Shown: one piece after another, positions 25,105 to 37,265 of the stretch
Position numbering within the stretch: the stretch's first letter is position 1
How the letters are laid out: the number at the start of each line of letters is the position of its first letter
From: Octopus sinensis
Taxonomy: Eukaryota
DNA: 64,000 bases
Assembly (NCBI RefSeq): GCF_006345805.1
Contig: NC_043020.1
Location: forward strand, 3,286,001-3,350,000
Direction of reading: 5' to 3'
Notes under the pieces: generated by a model
The model's input: the letters and a program-made list of their open reading frames with translations, nothing else
What the model was told of the DNA's origin: nothing
Databases searched by the model: none
Translations under genes and position numbers: made by a program

Positions 25105-27565
25105 GTACTGAAATGTCTCATATCTACTTGGCTGTTAAACATTTATGCAGGGGCATAAATAGGGGACAACTCTTTCAAGCCTATCATAATAAAGGCACAA
25201 TGTTTCAAGACCTTCCTGGTCTCATTATCAGAATGAAATGATGATACTAATCCCATGTTGTTCATGCCTTTTGCACTAAGTTGCAGACCATGGTAGTACT
25301 GGTAGATTTCATCTGTTATTTTATAGGATGTATCTGCATTGATTTTTTTATTTTTTGGGGTTTGTGCTTTGTTTTTAGTAAAGCTTCCATAGTTATTCTT
25401 TTCAATTTTATAATATTTGTAATGCTGTCAACAAATATTTTTTCAATCTGATTTAATTTCTTGAGCTTCATTACAGTGAATTGTGGTGGCTCTTTGTATG
25501 GAATGCATGGTGAGCAGATGAGAAGGTGATATACGGATGTCATCATCATCATTTAACGTCTGCTTTCCATGCTGGCATGGGTTGGACGATTTGACTGAGG
25601 TCTGGCGAACCAAACTCCATTCTGATCTGGCAGAGTTTTTACAGCTGGATGCCCTTCCTAATGCCAACCACTCTGAGAGTGTAGTGGGTGCTTTTACATG
25701 CCACTGGCACGAGGGCCAGTATGATGGTACTGGCAATGGCCACACCCAAATGGTGCTTTTTATGTGCCACCTGCACAGGAGCCAGTCCAGCAGCACTGGC
25801 GACGACCTCGCTCGAATATTTCACATGCCACCAGCACAAATGCTAGTAAGGCGACACGGTAACGATCATGCTCGAATGGTGTGTTTAACATGTCTGATGT
25901 GTCTGATGAAACTGTTTTAGCCATGAAGTTTACAATTTCTATTGTTCTGTATTGAAATTTGTATATTACATTGGTTGTTTGAAGTATATTCTGTGGTTTG
26001 CTAATTTAGATCTTGTAGGGATCTGTAGGGTCATCAAACACATGAATTTAAGGAATACCTACATAACAAACATATATTAGTATATATGTATCTATCTTTC
26101 CCTTTTGGTATTAATTATACATTTCTACTGTTTTGTATCAGTCGCTCTTTACTTTCTGTGTCTGCCTTCTTATCAGACTCCAAGGTTAACAAAATGTGAA
26201 TCCACCCACTTTTAATATGTCTTCCTTGGTCTTTCTCCTTGCTAGAGCTGTAATATTGCTGCTACTACCATCACATTACATACATTGCTGTGTGGTCATG
26301 TTCATCTGCAGTCCTTTGATTCTAGGTTCAATCCCATATTATGTGACATTTTGGGCAAGTATCTTCTACAAGGGCCTTGGGTCAACCCAAGTTTTGTGAA
26401 TAAACTTGAGCAGAAGAAACCTTCTATAAACGTTTTGGGGTAACAGACTTAATCCATTATCCAGTCAAACCCCACCACCTGGTCCTTGTGAACCTTCAGC
26501 AGAATCATTGTTTCAACATTCACATTTCTATGGACTGGATGGAATTTGTTGAAGCAGATATTCTACAGTTGGATGCCCTTCTTTTTATCAGCCCTGACTT
26601 GTTTCCAATATTTTTCCAATGACCAGATATATTTTTAACAAGATTGGAAACGAAGGACACCACCTTCTTGATGGTGACACTCGGCTATCACATGATGTCA
26701 AGGCAACGAGAGAGAATCTCATACACACACACACACTATGCTTCTTTTAGTTTTCCTCTACCAAATCAACCCGCAAGGCTATAGCAGAAGGTACTTACCC
26801 AAGGTGCCACATTGTGGGTCTGAGCTCAGAACCATGTGGTTGGGAAGCAGACTTCTTACCACGCAGCCATGCCTGCACCTAGGAATCTGTATTGTAATTA
26901 TCCAGACTAAATACACGGTCACTAAGTAACTGGCTGTTTTGATGTATAACTTTGTACTGCAATTTACCTGTGTATTGTGGTGTCTTCCTTTCTGTTTCCT
27001 CAACCTCAGTTTCAGGTGCCCTGCAAAAAGCAATTAACCATTGCTCTTTCCCCTCTGTCTAAGCCATTGGAGGGAAAAAAAACAAAAACATACAAGGTGC
27101 AGGTGTAGCTGTGTGGTACGAAACTTACTTCCCAACCACATGGGTGTGTGTTCAGTCCCACTGTGTGGTACCTTGGGCAAGTGTTTTCTACTATAGCCTT
27201 GGTCTGACCAAAGCCTTGTGAGTGGATTTGGTAGATGGAAACTTGAGGAGGCCTATCATATATGTGTGTCTTTGTGTCTGCGTGTATCCCTTCACCACCA
27301 CTTGATAACAAGTGTTGGTGTGTTTATGTCCCCATAACTTAGCAGTTCAGCAAAAGACACCAATAAGATAAGTACCAGGCTTTAAAACAATAAGTCCTGA
27401 GGACGATTAGTCTGACCGAAACAAGTGAAAAGAAAAAAAGAAAAAAAGGACCGTTACCAACGGATACAAGACTTGCAAGTGTTGAATGTATGAGGAGTAA
27501 ATACAAAGAGTCAGGAGTAATTTAGATGTTGTGATTTTAATTGCAATTAATTTTCTGTCTTTTAG

Positions 27566-27697
27566 AATGCCATAAAACACATGGATGATCGTGTGGAAGA
27601 ACTGGAGGAAGCTCTGCGAGAGAGTGTCACAATAACAGCCGAACGAGAAATGGTGATGGCAGAGCAAGAAAACAAGATCCAACAGACAGAGGCAAAA
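27566..27697 (+). CDS. ERC1: ERC/ELKS coding exon (NAIKHMDDRVEELEEALRESVTITAEREMVMAEQE...AK), 132 nt, phase 0-0
   Basis: ttttag acceptor, AAA|gtgagt donor; contains the most conserved ERC motif, EELEEALRESV.ITAEREMV. Confidence 0.97.
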
Positions 27698-27711
27698 GTG
27701 AGTCTATAAGA

Positions 27712-27778
<67 letters not shown>

Positions 27779-28629
27779 TCCATGATGTATATGGGTATGT
27801 ATTTCCCTCTTTTACTCCCACCCAAAAATCAAATCCTGCCTCCTCCTCCTCCTTTCATTCCCAATATCTCCCCCCACCATTTCAATATCACATACAAATC
27901 TTCTTCCTCTCTCCCTTTGAATTATTTCCCTTGAACAAATCTCTGTCTCAGCCATGTTTCAAAATCTTTGATGCTTCCTAAATTTTCTTCTACATTTTGT
28001 AAAGTTTGCCTTTTTCTTTATACTCTCTAAATTAAGCAAGTCTTTCATGTTTTTTCATATTTATAGTTCCCCATATCATATTTACACCTCTTCTTTCCTT
28101 TTTTTCCTTGCTGACAAATACCCACTATATTTCGTATTTGATGGTTAAGTAATAACATCCTTTTATTTCAATCTTATCCATTCAAAAGACTTTCTAGGTA
28201 TTCAAACATCTCCTCTGTATCTTTTAAATACCAATTTTGGATTTTAAGTGGTATGTGACATTTTTCTGACAAGCACAGGTCATATTTTCCTGTTCTCTTT
28301 CGGAAAGCTGCTCTCCCTTCAGTATTTCTTTTGAAATTGCAGTTTCCCATTGTGTGTGTATGTGTGTGTGTGTACATGCACACACACAGAGAAGGGAGTC
28401 TCCTTTATTTGTTCAAGAGTTTTGGTTGTTTTCCCTTTAACTCAGAATGGTACTCTGCTCAGCCTGGTGGGTCTCTATCCATCTCCCACTGTTTCCATTT
28501 CTCCCCCTTCCACTATCTCTTTCTGTTCTCTCTCCCTCTCTCTCTCGTACATATTTTCTTACATGGTCTTATCATTCACATTTTTCTGTATTTTGTTAAT
28601 ATTTCTTTACCTGCCTCCCTTTCTCGAAG

Positions 28630-28790
28630 GTCTATGAACTGACTGCTGAATTAGAGAAGATGAAATCCATTCAGAGCGACCACATTGCCAAGGTCGGAGC
28701 TCTGACGCGTCAGCTGGAGGAGAAGGATGCCAAATTACGCCGCCTTGTTTCTGAAAGACACAAACAGTTAGAAGAAGTCTACGAAATGAA
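28630..28790 (+). CDS. ERC1: ERC/ELKS coding exon (VYELTAELEKMK...ERHKQLEEVYEM), 161 nt, phase 0-2
   Basis: Polypyrimidine tract and aag acceptor, AA|gtgagt donor; resembles ERC1 ERRKHLEEVLEMK. Confidence 0.94.
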
Positions 28791-28976
28791 GTGAGTCTTT
28801 TTGTTTCCCTTTCTTTTTGGTCTGACTAAAAACCCAGAATTGAAAGAAAGCTGGGAAGGTTTGCAGCATTGGCAACAATGATCATAAATTCTAAGAGATT
28901 TGTAGGTGTAAATAAGTTTGTTTGTAGTGGGAAAACAAGTCATTTCAGGCAGAAGTTCTTCAATATACGAGCCAAG

Positions 28977-29135
28977 TACCAGGTTCAGTCAAAAGCTCTT
29001 TTTTTGTATTTCAAGCTTTAATTGATAATATAAACAAATTACATACGTAAAATGTTTATACATCAAAATATGTCCCATCATATTCTATTGTCTGTTGCCA
29101 TTGTTCTGCCAGAAGCTCAATTCCATGCTTACACC
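28977..29135 (-). mobile_element. Mariner 3'-end fragment
   Basis: Minus strand: KHGIELLAEQWQQTIEYDGTYFDV*, resembling mariner GI..L..RW...I..DG.YF. Confidence 0.65.
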
Positions 29136-29431
29136 ATTTTGCTGGTTTAGAGGAAAGGTACGCATAAGTGGGCTGGTTACACCCCTGGCATAGTTGTGAT
29201 CGATGTCAGTGCTGTCTGACTGGCACCCATGCCAATGGTACATAAAAAACACCCACTACGCTCTCGGAGTGATTGACATTAGGAAGGGCATCCAACCATA
29301 GAAACCTTGCCAAATCAGATTGGGATCTGGTGCAGCTCCCTCGCTTACCAGTTTTCAACCAAACTGTCCAACCCATGCCAGCATGGAAAACTGACATTTG
29401 ATGATGATGATGATTATATGTATTGTATATG

Positions 29432-29434
<3 letters not shown>

Positions 29435-29506
<72 letters not shown>
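29435..29506. repeat. (TA)n microsatellite; others at 925-995, 30202-30270, 35040-35094, 45815-45970, 51760-51820
   Basis: Direct observation. Confidence 0.95.
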
Positions 29507-29513
<7 letters not shown>

Positions 29514-29801
29514 CACACACATATGTGTGTGTTATAATTATATATATATATATATGAACTATGAACTTTATTTCCTTATTTCATTGCTTATTTATCTGCA
29601 AATTTCCCATGTCTAGATCTTTCATATATTCTCTACTTGTCTCTGATGACGAAATACCCCATACTCAGGAATACTCACCCATCATTTGGGATGTTTCAGA
29701 AAAAGCTGTAAAACCTCAACTAACTTAAGAATAATATAAAATAATGTAAATGAATTGAAATGCTTGTTATACCTCAGCACTTGTTGTCCTCTTCCACAAA
29801 C

Positions 29802-29843
<42 letters not shown>

Positions 29844-30198
29844 CTATGGGCTCCGTGTGGGCAGGCATCTAAAAATTTTTGTGCATCTTGATGCTGACAT
29901 AAGTTCCTTACTTTTCCTGATGAGAAGGCAGCATAATGCACCCCTTATTCCTTCGAAATTAGGAATATGCAGCCTTCAAAACATATGTCGAAAATAAAAT
30001 AAAGGAATTTTGTTAATTCGTTGTTCAACTCCATTCTTTCATTTATTTGTATTAAAAAAAAAAACACAAATTTCCACACGATAGCACGTGATCTCTGCCC
30101 TAGGCATGTAGCTTCAACCATGTTTTTCTGACGTGAATTTGCTACCCAGGTATCGGTTAACCGAATTATCCATAATAAGATAATTCATTCAACTACTC

Positions 30199-30266
<68 letters not shown>

Positions 30267-30445
30267 TATAAGGTGGGTTAAGTTACTAGGGTGTTTTAAA
30301 GATAAGTAATTCAAATTAGGTTGTGATATGAAAAAAAGGATATAGAGACTTTTCCTCCATTTCTTGTGTTTCCATCCCATTGGAACCTTTGTGCTTGACA
30401 CATGACAAGAAGTGCTGATTGTAACCTCTAACTTTATCTTTGCAG

Positions 30446-30593
30446 ACAAGAAGCCATCCAAGCCACAATCAGTGAGAAAGACGCGAACATTGCCTTACTT
30501 GAAATGACCAGTACCAAAAAGCAACGGCATGTCGAAGACATCACAAGACTTGAAAAAGAGAAGGAAAAACTAGCTCAACAACTTAAGGAATTG
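30446..30593 (+). CDS. ERC1: ERC/ELKS coding exon (QEAIQATISEKDANIALLEM...LAQQLKEL), 148 nt, phase 2-0
   Basis: ctaac branch point, tttgcag acceptor, TTG|gtaagt donor; motif ISEKDANIALLE. Confidence 0.96.
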
Positions 30594-31412
30594 GTAAGTT
30601 TTAAGAACAACAAATAAGAAAAAAAAAATCACCAAAACACAAAAAAACAAAGGCAAGATGAAGATTACTTTTTCTTCAATATCACATTTTTGTGAACGAT
30701 AACCTTATTCTTTTATTTGTTTCTGTCATTAGACTGCAGCTGTAGGAGGTCTCTTTTGTGAACAGCTAAGTCACATGGATGTAAACAAACCATCACTTTT
30801 TGATAAGTTGAGTGGAAGAACAAAGACAAACAATCACACACACATAAAGATTATGTATTTATATGGCAGGCTTCCACACAGTTTCCATTTATCAAGTTCA
30901 CTCAACAGGCATTGTTGGCCTGGGACCGTGGTAGAAGACATTTGCCTTAGGTACTGCACAATGGAACTGAACTTAAAACCATGCAGTTGCAGAGCAAGCT
31001 TCTTAAACACGTGGCCATGTCTTTATACTCTGAGATCAAATCTTGTTGATATTGTAATATCTTGACATAAAATTAACAAAGCGAATGTCATTTATGTCCC
31101 CCCCCCCCTTGATCTCTGATGTCATCTTACAAATTCCACCAAGATGGCATGAATCAGCCAAGCTTTACCTGCTAGAAATAGCAACCCAAATGCTTTTAAA
31201 CCAGATCTCAATGCTGGATGTTCAAGAACCAAATGAAGAGCAGATTTTCAATCCTGGAATCATCCTGATTCCAAAAATGGTTTATGTCTTATGTAGAGCA
31301 GATGTAGGCTGACAGACAGGACAGACAGAATTTCACATTCATGATTAAAGATTGACCCTCTTTTTTGTGGTGTTTTCTGTATTTGTTTAATGTTGTTGTT
31401 GTTTCTTTGTAG

Positions 31413-31514
31413 ACTGAAACTCGTATGCGTCTCCTGCAGAAGAAGAAAGAACCTTCAACCACTGGAAGCCAGAAGTCTCTTGTACACCGTATGAAAGGTG
31501 CCACAGATGAACAG
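31413..31514 (+). CDS. ERC1: ERC/ELKS shared exon (TETRMRLL...KGATDEQ), 102 nt, ending at internal donor CAG|gtagag
   Basis: tttgtag acceptor; resembles ERC1 TQNRMKLM...PSPDQ, the point where vertebrate C-terminal isoforms diverge. Confidence 0.85.
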
Positions 31515-31622
31515 GTAGAGAACTTTGACCGTGATCGCCGGTCAGCAGATGCTACGGCCACTGGTGCTGCCGACGCTTCTGCTGCAGCCGCTGCCATGCC
31601 TGAGTCTGTGTCCACGTCCTAG
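31515..31622 (+). CDS. ERC1: Read-through terminal extension of short isoform (VENFDRDRRSADATATGAADASAAAAAMPESVSTS*)
   Basis: Frame stays open for 35 codons past the donor; GC-rich, coding-like composition unlike local introns; followed by a TE-poor, U-rich, UTR-like stretch. Confidence 0.65.
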   Translation, partial: VENFDRDRRSADATATGAADASAAAAAMPESVSTS

Positions 31623-33592
31623 CACACACTTTCTACCCTCTTTCTCCCTCTCTCTCTCTCTCTCTCCTTTCACTCTGCCTGCTGCTTCTGCTTTTAACCT
31701 ATGTGTATGGCTGTGTGTTTGTATGAATTATATATAAATGTTTATATATATATACATACATACAGAGATTGTGTGTGTGTGTGTGTGTATATGTGTATAC
31801 ACACACACACACAGGCATGTATGGGTGTGTGTAATTATTGTACAGTCTTTCATTTATACATGTTTAGTTAAACAAAGCACCGGTGGGTCTATTAACCAAT
31901 TTCTATTCTAATCTTTAATATTACTTTTGGTTAATATAGGAAAGAGATCTGAAATGTTTTATGTTAAAGGAAGAAGAAATTTTTTCTACACACTTAAGAC
32001 CAAGTTTGTAACCCTCTTCAAAGTCAAAGTGTTAAAAGCCAGTTTATGGTTAGTAAGTGCACAGGGGGTCCATGTAGATGGTGCTTTCTCAGTTGTTTCT
32101 TATATTCACTAGAAAGCACTTCAATAACTGGCAGGATGTCTGATAAAATCACTGAAGTCAAGGATGCTTAATGTACCCCTGTTGCCACGCCGACTGGGAT
32201 TCTGGGTGTTATCAATGTAATACAATAAGCTTATATGTAAAACTGAAAGTTGTTAACACCATAGCAGTTGTAACATTGGTCAAACATCCACAGACCTTTT
32301 TAGATTTTTGACTATGCACATACAAGGCAAGGCCATGTAAGCTTATGTAATTTTTGACTTCAAACAGAAAAATCTGGGGAAAAGTGATAGGAATCTCATC
32401 AGTAATGGTTTTTAAGATAACATGTTTGAAAGAAATTCTGTTCTTTATTTACACAAATATATGTAAATGTGTGTGTTTGTGTGTGTATGTGCTACCATAC
32501 CACTATTATCTCTCTCAAAGCTCCTTTGTGTCTCTTTTTTTTACCACTCCCACAACCACCTCCACTGTCACCATAAAGTTTTATATGTTACATTTTTGTT
32601 TTTTTAAAATATGGAACTCCACATTTTTTCTTTATTTTTTCAAACTTATTTTTGGTGCTCCTATTTTTATATATTTTATATATATACTTTTTTTTTTACC
32701 TTATTTATTTCTATGAATCTGTATTTTTCTAAAAACAGTTTATACTGTGTTTCATTTTGTGTGCATGTGTGTACATTTGAAGAAATAAAAAAAAAAACCC
32801 ATAATAATGATAATAATGATAGTAATGATAATAATAATAATAATACACCCCGCTCCCTCACTACAAATGTTAATGTAAGTTTTTAGTTTATCATTTTACA
32901 CCAAAATATTTTTAGTTATTAAATTTTTTCTTGTGTGTTTTTCCCAGTTTTTGTTACTCCACATTTTTTTGCTGGTGTTTTGTTTGATAAATTTTTTTAA
33001 AAGATTTTAATTGTTTGATTATATTGAATTTTTTTATGTAAAAAAATTTATTTTTTGTTGGTGTTTTTTTTCTCTTTTCATTTGATGGGGATAGAGGCTT
33101 CCTTCTTCAGACAATATTATTTGAATTAACACATATTCATAAAATAAGGATAAAAGTCACATTAACGATAGTTATCAGGTAGTTGGCATGGAGAACAGCA
33201 ATCCGTAGCAACTTATATATCAAACTAATAATTAAGTATATATAATTATTTTAAGGGAGAAAGTTAAAACAAAACTTATCTCCTCTGAATTAATGTCCCG
33301 GCATTATGAAGCTACCGAAAATCCCCATAAATACTTGCAATTGAAAGTGGGCTACTGAGAGAATATTTTAAAAGACTACACATTAATTGTGGACCTTTTT
33401 AAATATCTTCTCATGAGCCCACTTTCAATCGAATTGTATTTATGGAGTTTTTTTCGGTAGTTTTTTAATGCTTGGACATTAATTCAGGATGGAGGAGTTA
33501 AGTATATGAAATAACATATATTAATATAAAAGTAATTTCTCGGGTAACTTTTTTTTTATTTCATTATCATTAAATATAGTAAATTAAATAAA
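31623..33592 (+). other. Probable 3' UTR of the short isoform, with candidate AATAAA at 32784-32789 and 33587-33592
   Basis: ~2 kb lacking the SINE families that fill the neighbouring introns; U-rich blocks. True end unknown. Confidence 0.4.
33272..33501. repeat. ~230-bp imperfect palindrome (foldback MITE)
   Basis: Arm pairs ctgaattaatgtcc/ggacattaattcag, ctaccgaaaa/ttttcggtag, ccataaatac/gtatttatgg, ttgaaagtgggct/agcccactttcaa; centre near 33385. Confidence 0.85.
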
Positions 33593-33776
33593 GTAAAAAA
33601 AAAATCATCATTATTTTTATTAAGGTATCCAATTCCTGTAAAGGTCAACTTTGCCTTTCATCTTTCCAAGGTTGATGAAATAAAGTGACAAGTACAGGGG
33701 TTGATGCTATTGACTAAACACTTCCCCTCAAAATTACTGACCCTGTGCCAAAATTTGAAACTATTATTATTATTAT

Positions 33777-33807
<31 letters not shown>

Positions 33808-35043
33808 TATTATATTAAGAGGCTGATGATTTGATAAAGTCAGTAGAATACTGGAGAAAAATATCTTGAAGTATTTAGTTACATTTCAAGTTCAAATCTT
33901 GCTGAGATCGAATTTGCCTTCATCTTTCTAGGATAGTTTACAATAAAATATTAGTGAAGTATGGAGAGGAGATCTAACTACTCTTCCCTAATCCCACCAA
34001 AATTTCTAACTTTGTGCCAATATTGTAAATTATTATCATTATTATTGTTATTATACCAGAGAAGTACTGGGGTTGATATTATCAAGTCTATTCATATCCC
34101 TCAAATATTCATGGTTTTGTGCCAAATCATTATTATTATTATTATTAATTAATTATATTATTATTATTATTACTAGTTCCTTGTATGTATTTTAATATTT
34201 GAACCTGCAAATATTATCAGAAATATTATTCACATCCCCATTTCCTAACCCCCCAAAAAATAAATATAAATAACTATATAAAAAAATGAAGCAGAAAATC
34301 TACTCATATGATAATACTGCTATGTATATATGAATGTATAGTGAGCACAATAGTATTGTGTTGGTGGTATGCTCCCGGTGAGCCAAGACCACTCTTTCTC
34401 GTTTTCCCTCCAACCACCACCACCATTGCGTTTTGATTCCAAGTTGTTGTTATTTCACTTGTGTTTCTAAGGTATTTAGGAAAAGCATGAATCCAGGATT
34501 TCTTCTCTCTTCCTTTCTTTCTTCTCTTTCCTTGTGTGCATGAGAGAAAAATAGAGACATAATATGATATTGTCTGAAATGCCAGTAGTTTCTGCTTTTA
34601 AGCCTCAGCCCTTAGACAGGACAGGCATTGATTTTGAAATTGGAAAGCAAAACGAAAGCAGGAACATCTACAAGGCAACTGCTGTGCTGTAATAAGCTTT
34701 AATAAGCATGTCTTTTGCCTGATAAACAAAAGTAGCTCCATTGCTCTGTTCTGTATTAGATTGTTGTCTATTACGGTCAAACATGATTTTACAGTAACAA
34801 ACCTTCACTGCTAATTCATAAAAAACAAACAACAACAAATATGATGTTTGGTTGAGAGGCTTAAGAATGCCTCTGGAGAAACACTTGAACATCTTGCTTT
34901 GCAAACCACACAGAATCAATGGATTCAATTCTACAGCATGGTACCACAGCTGGAGCAAGTATCTTCTGCAATAGCCTTGGGTTAGCCAATTCCTTGTAAG
35001 TGGAATTTGGTGGGCAAAAGCTATGCAGAAGTCTATCACATAT

Positions 35044-35097
<54 letters not shown>

Positions 35098-35550
35098 GCT
35101 GTTAGTGTGTGTATATATTATGTATGTTTGTGTCTTTTGCTAATGTATAGCAGTGAAGGATATAAACATCGGCAAAAGAGTAAAAAAATAAATGCTTTAA
35201 TGAATAAAATTCTTTGAGATATTTGTTCTGCATCAAGTTATAGAGCTGCTCCCTTTTTACTGTCAGAAATGTAGTGAACTTGGGATTAACCCATTGGAAA
35301 CCTATAACTAATGGTGCCATTTGCAATAAAATGAATAAATCTCCATAAATACATTTCTTTCTCTCCCTTCTGATAACTGTCCAAGACAAATATGTATACT
35401 TGAAGTTGTGGCAAGCACCACAGTTTCAAAGATCGGCTCCTGGTGAGCTGCATCTGTGACCTTTGATTTCAGTCCTGAATTGGAGCCATTGCACTCTATA
35501 TGTAGTGATGCCTTTGAGAAAGGTAGGATCATCTCAAAGCTTCCCATTTA

Positions 35551-35659
<109 letters not shown>

Positions 35660-37032
35660 CTGTGGTCAATCAGCCTGGTTACCTTCATTTCATAACGAAT
35701 ACTGCTGATTGGGAGTCGCCAAGCATCCATCTACATCAAAACTACTTTGGTACGATGGCAGCCAAAGAATTTAGTTAGAATTAAGTGTCTGCTATGCATT
35801 GGCCTCTGCTACCACGAAAGAAGTGAAGTTCACACAGGCACTGCTTGCTTTGTTATCTAGCAATCACTCATTAATTATTCTGTGCTCCTACTTTGTACAA
35901 CAGGTGAGTCATCCTCACCTGTTGTACCCGTCTACAGTTAGACGGGTGGAGCAGTTGAAAATGAAGTGTCTCTGCTTCTGTGGGGGATATACATCGCACA
36001 GTGCTTGCAACAAGACGTGAACTGTCCAACACTTCGTTCAGCATTTAATTTGCTACCCTAACTAGAATCTCTTCAAATCCATATATATATATATGTATAT
36101 ATATGGAGAAAGAAAGAATGAAGAATAGATCTAACAGACTCAGGTGGCATTAAAGAATTTTCTCTAGAATTCTTGTATCAATATCTGAACTAATTAACAC
36201 AAACATTAATTATAAGTTATGTCTGGTTTCTAAATAAATTTTCTTTTACTTTTATTCTTTTATTTTTATTTGTCTTACTTTTGAAACATTTTAATTTATT
36301 TTTATTAGTTTGTGTTTTTTTTTTGCTTGTTTTTTTTTATGGGAAGATCAATAAAATAGAATTAATCACTAGTTATTTTTTTGTTTTTATTTATTTTGTT
36401 CATTTTGAAATTAATTTCATTCTCTTTTTTATTCACTTTTTCAAGACAATTTAAAAAAAAAAAAACATTATTTTCAATCCTTTCATTTTTGTTTATATAT
36501 GTCTGAAGGTGGGGGTGGAGCTAAATATAACATCAAGAAATACTTTTTGGAAGCCATGTTTGCATCATCCTTGTGATCATCATCATCATCAGCATCATCA
36601 TCATCATCATCATCTAACATCCACTTTTCCATGTTCACATGGGTCTGATGGAATTTGTTGAGGTAGATTTTTTTTTTCCATAGCTAGATCCAATGAAGAT
36701 CTGGCCTGAATACCTTCGGCTGAGTGAACTCCACTAAGGGTACCCAAGGACCAAGGTGGTGGTGTTCAAATGGGTGATGGTGGATTAATTCTACTACCCC
36801 AAGAAGCCAGAACAAATACTGCCAGGCATCTTGCCCAATGCTCTAACAATTTTGACCATCTACTGCTGCTCTGGACTGGTAATTCATTTTATTGACTTTG
36901 AAGAGAAGGGTACCTCCAACTGGAATGACATTTACTTCAGTGAATGCGAAGAGTGAAAATAAACTTTGCTTTTCCTTCTTTTTGGATGGCTTGATAAATA
37001 TGGTGCCAGTGAATTGATGCAATTGTTTTGAG

Positions 37033-37265
37033 CAGTGGCTCTCAATCGAGGATCCCTGTAAGATTTTGTTGTTTATGAACAATAAATTGTTTATACTTCT
37101 ACAATACACAAAATATTTTAAACAATTTTTTAATATAATTCCTAATATTATTTAACTATAAAAATATAATAGGATTTTTTTAAAACATTGAATGGATATG
37201 AAGGTCCAGTAAAGCAGAATAGGAATCAAAGGCATCTATAGGTAAAAATTAGTTGAGAATCACTG
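37033..37265. mobile_element. hAT-type MITE; related at 39884-40096 and 7485-7777
   Basis: CAGTGG.TCTCAA...TTGAGAA.CACTG TIRs; degraded 8-bp TSD gttttgag/gtttaaag. Confidence 0.65.
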
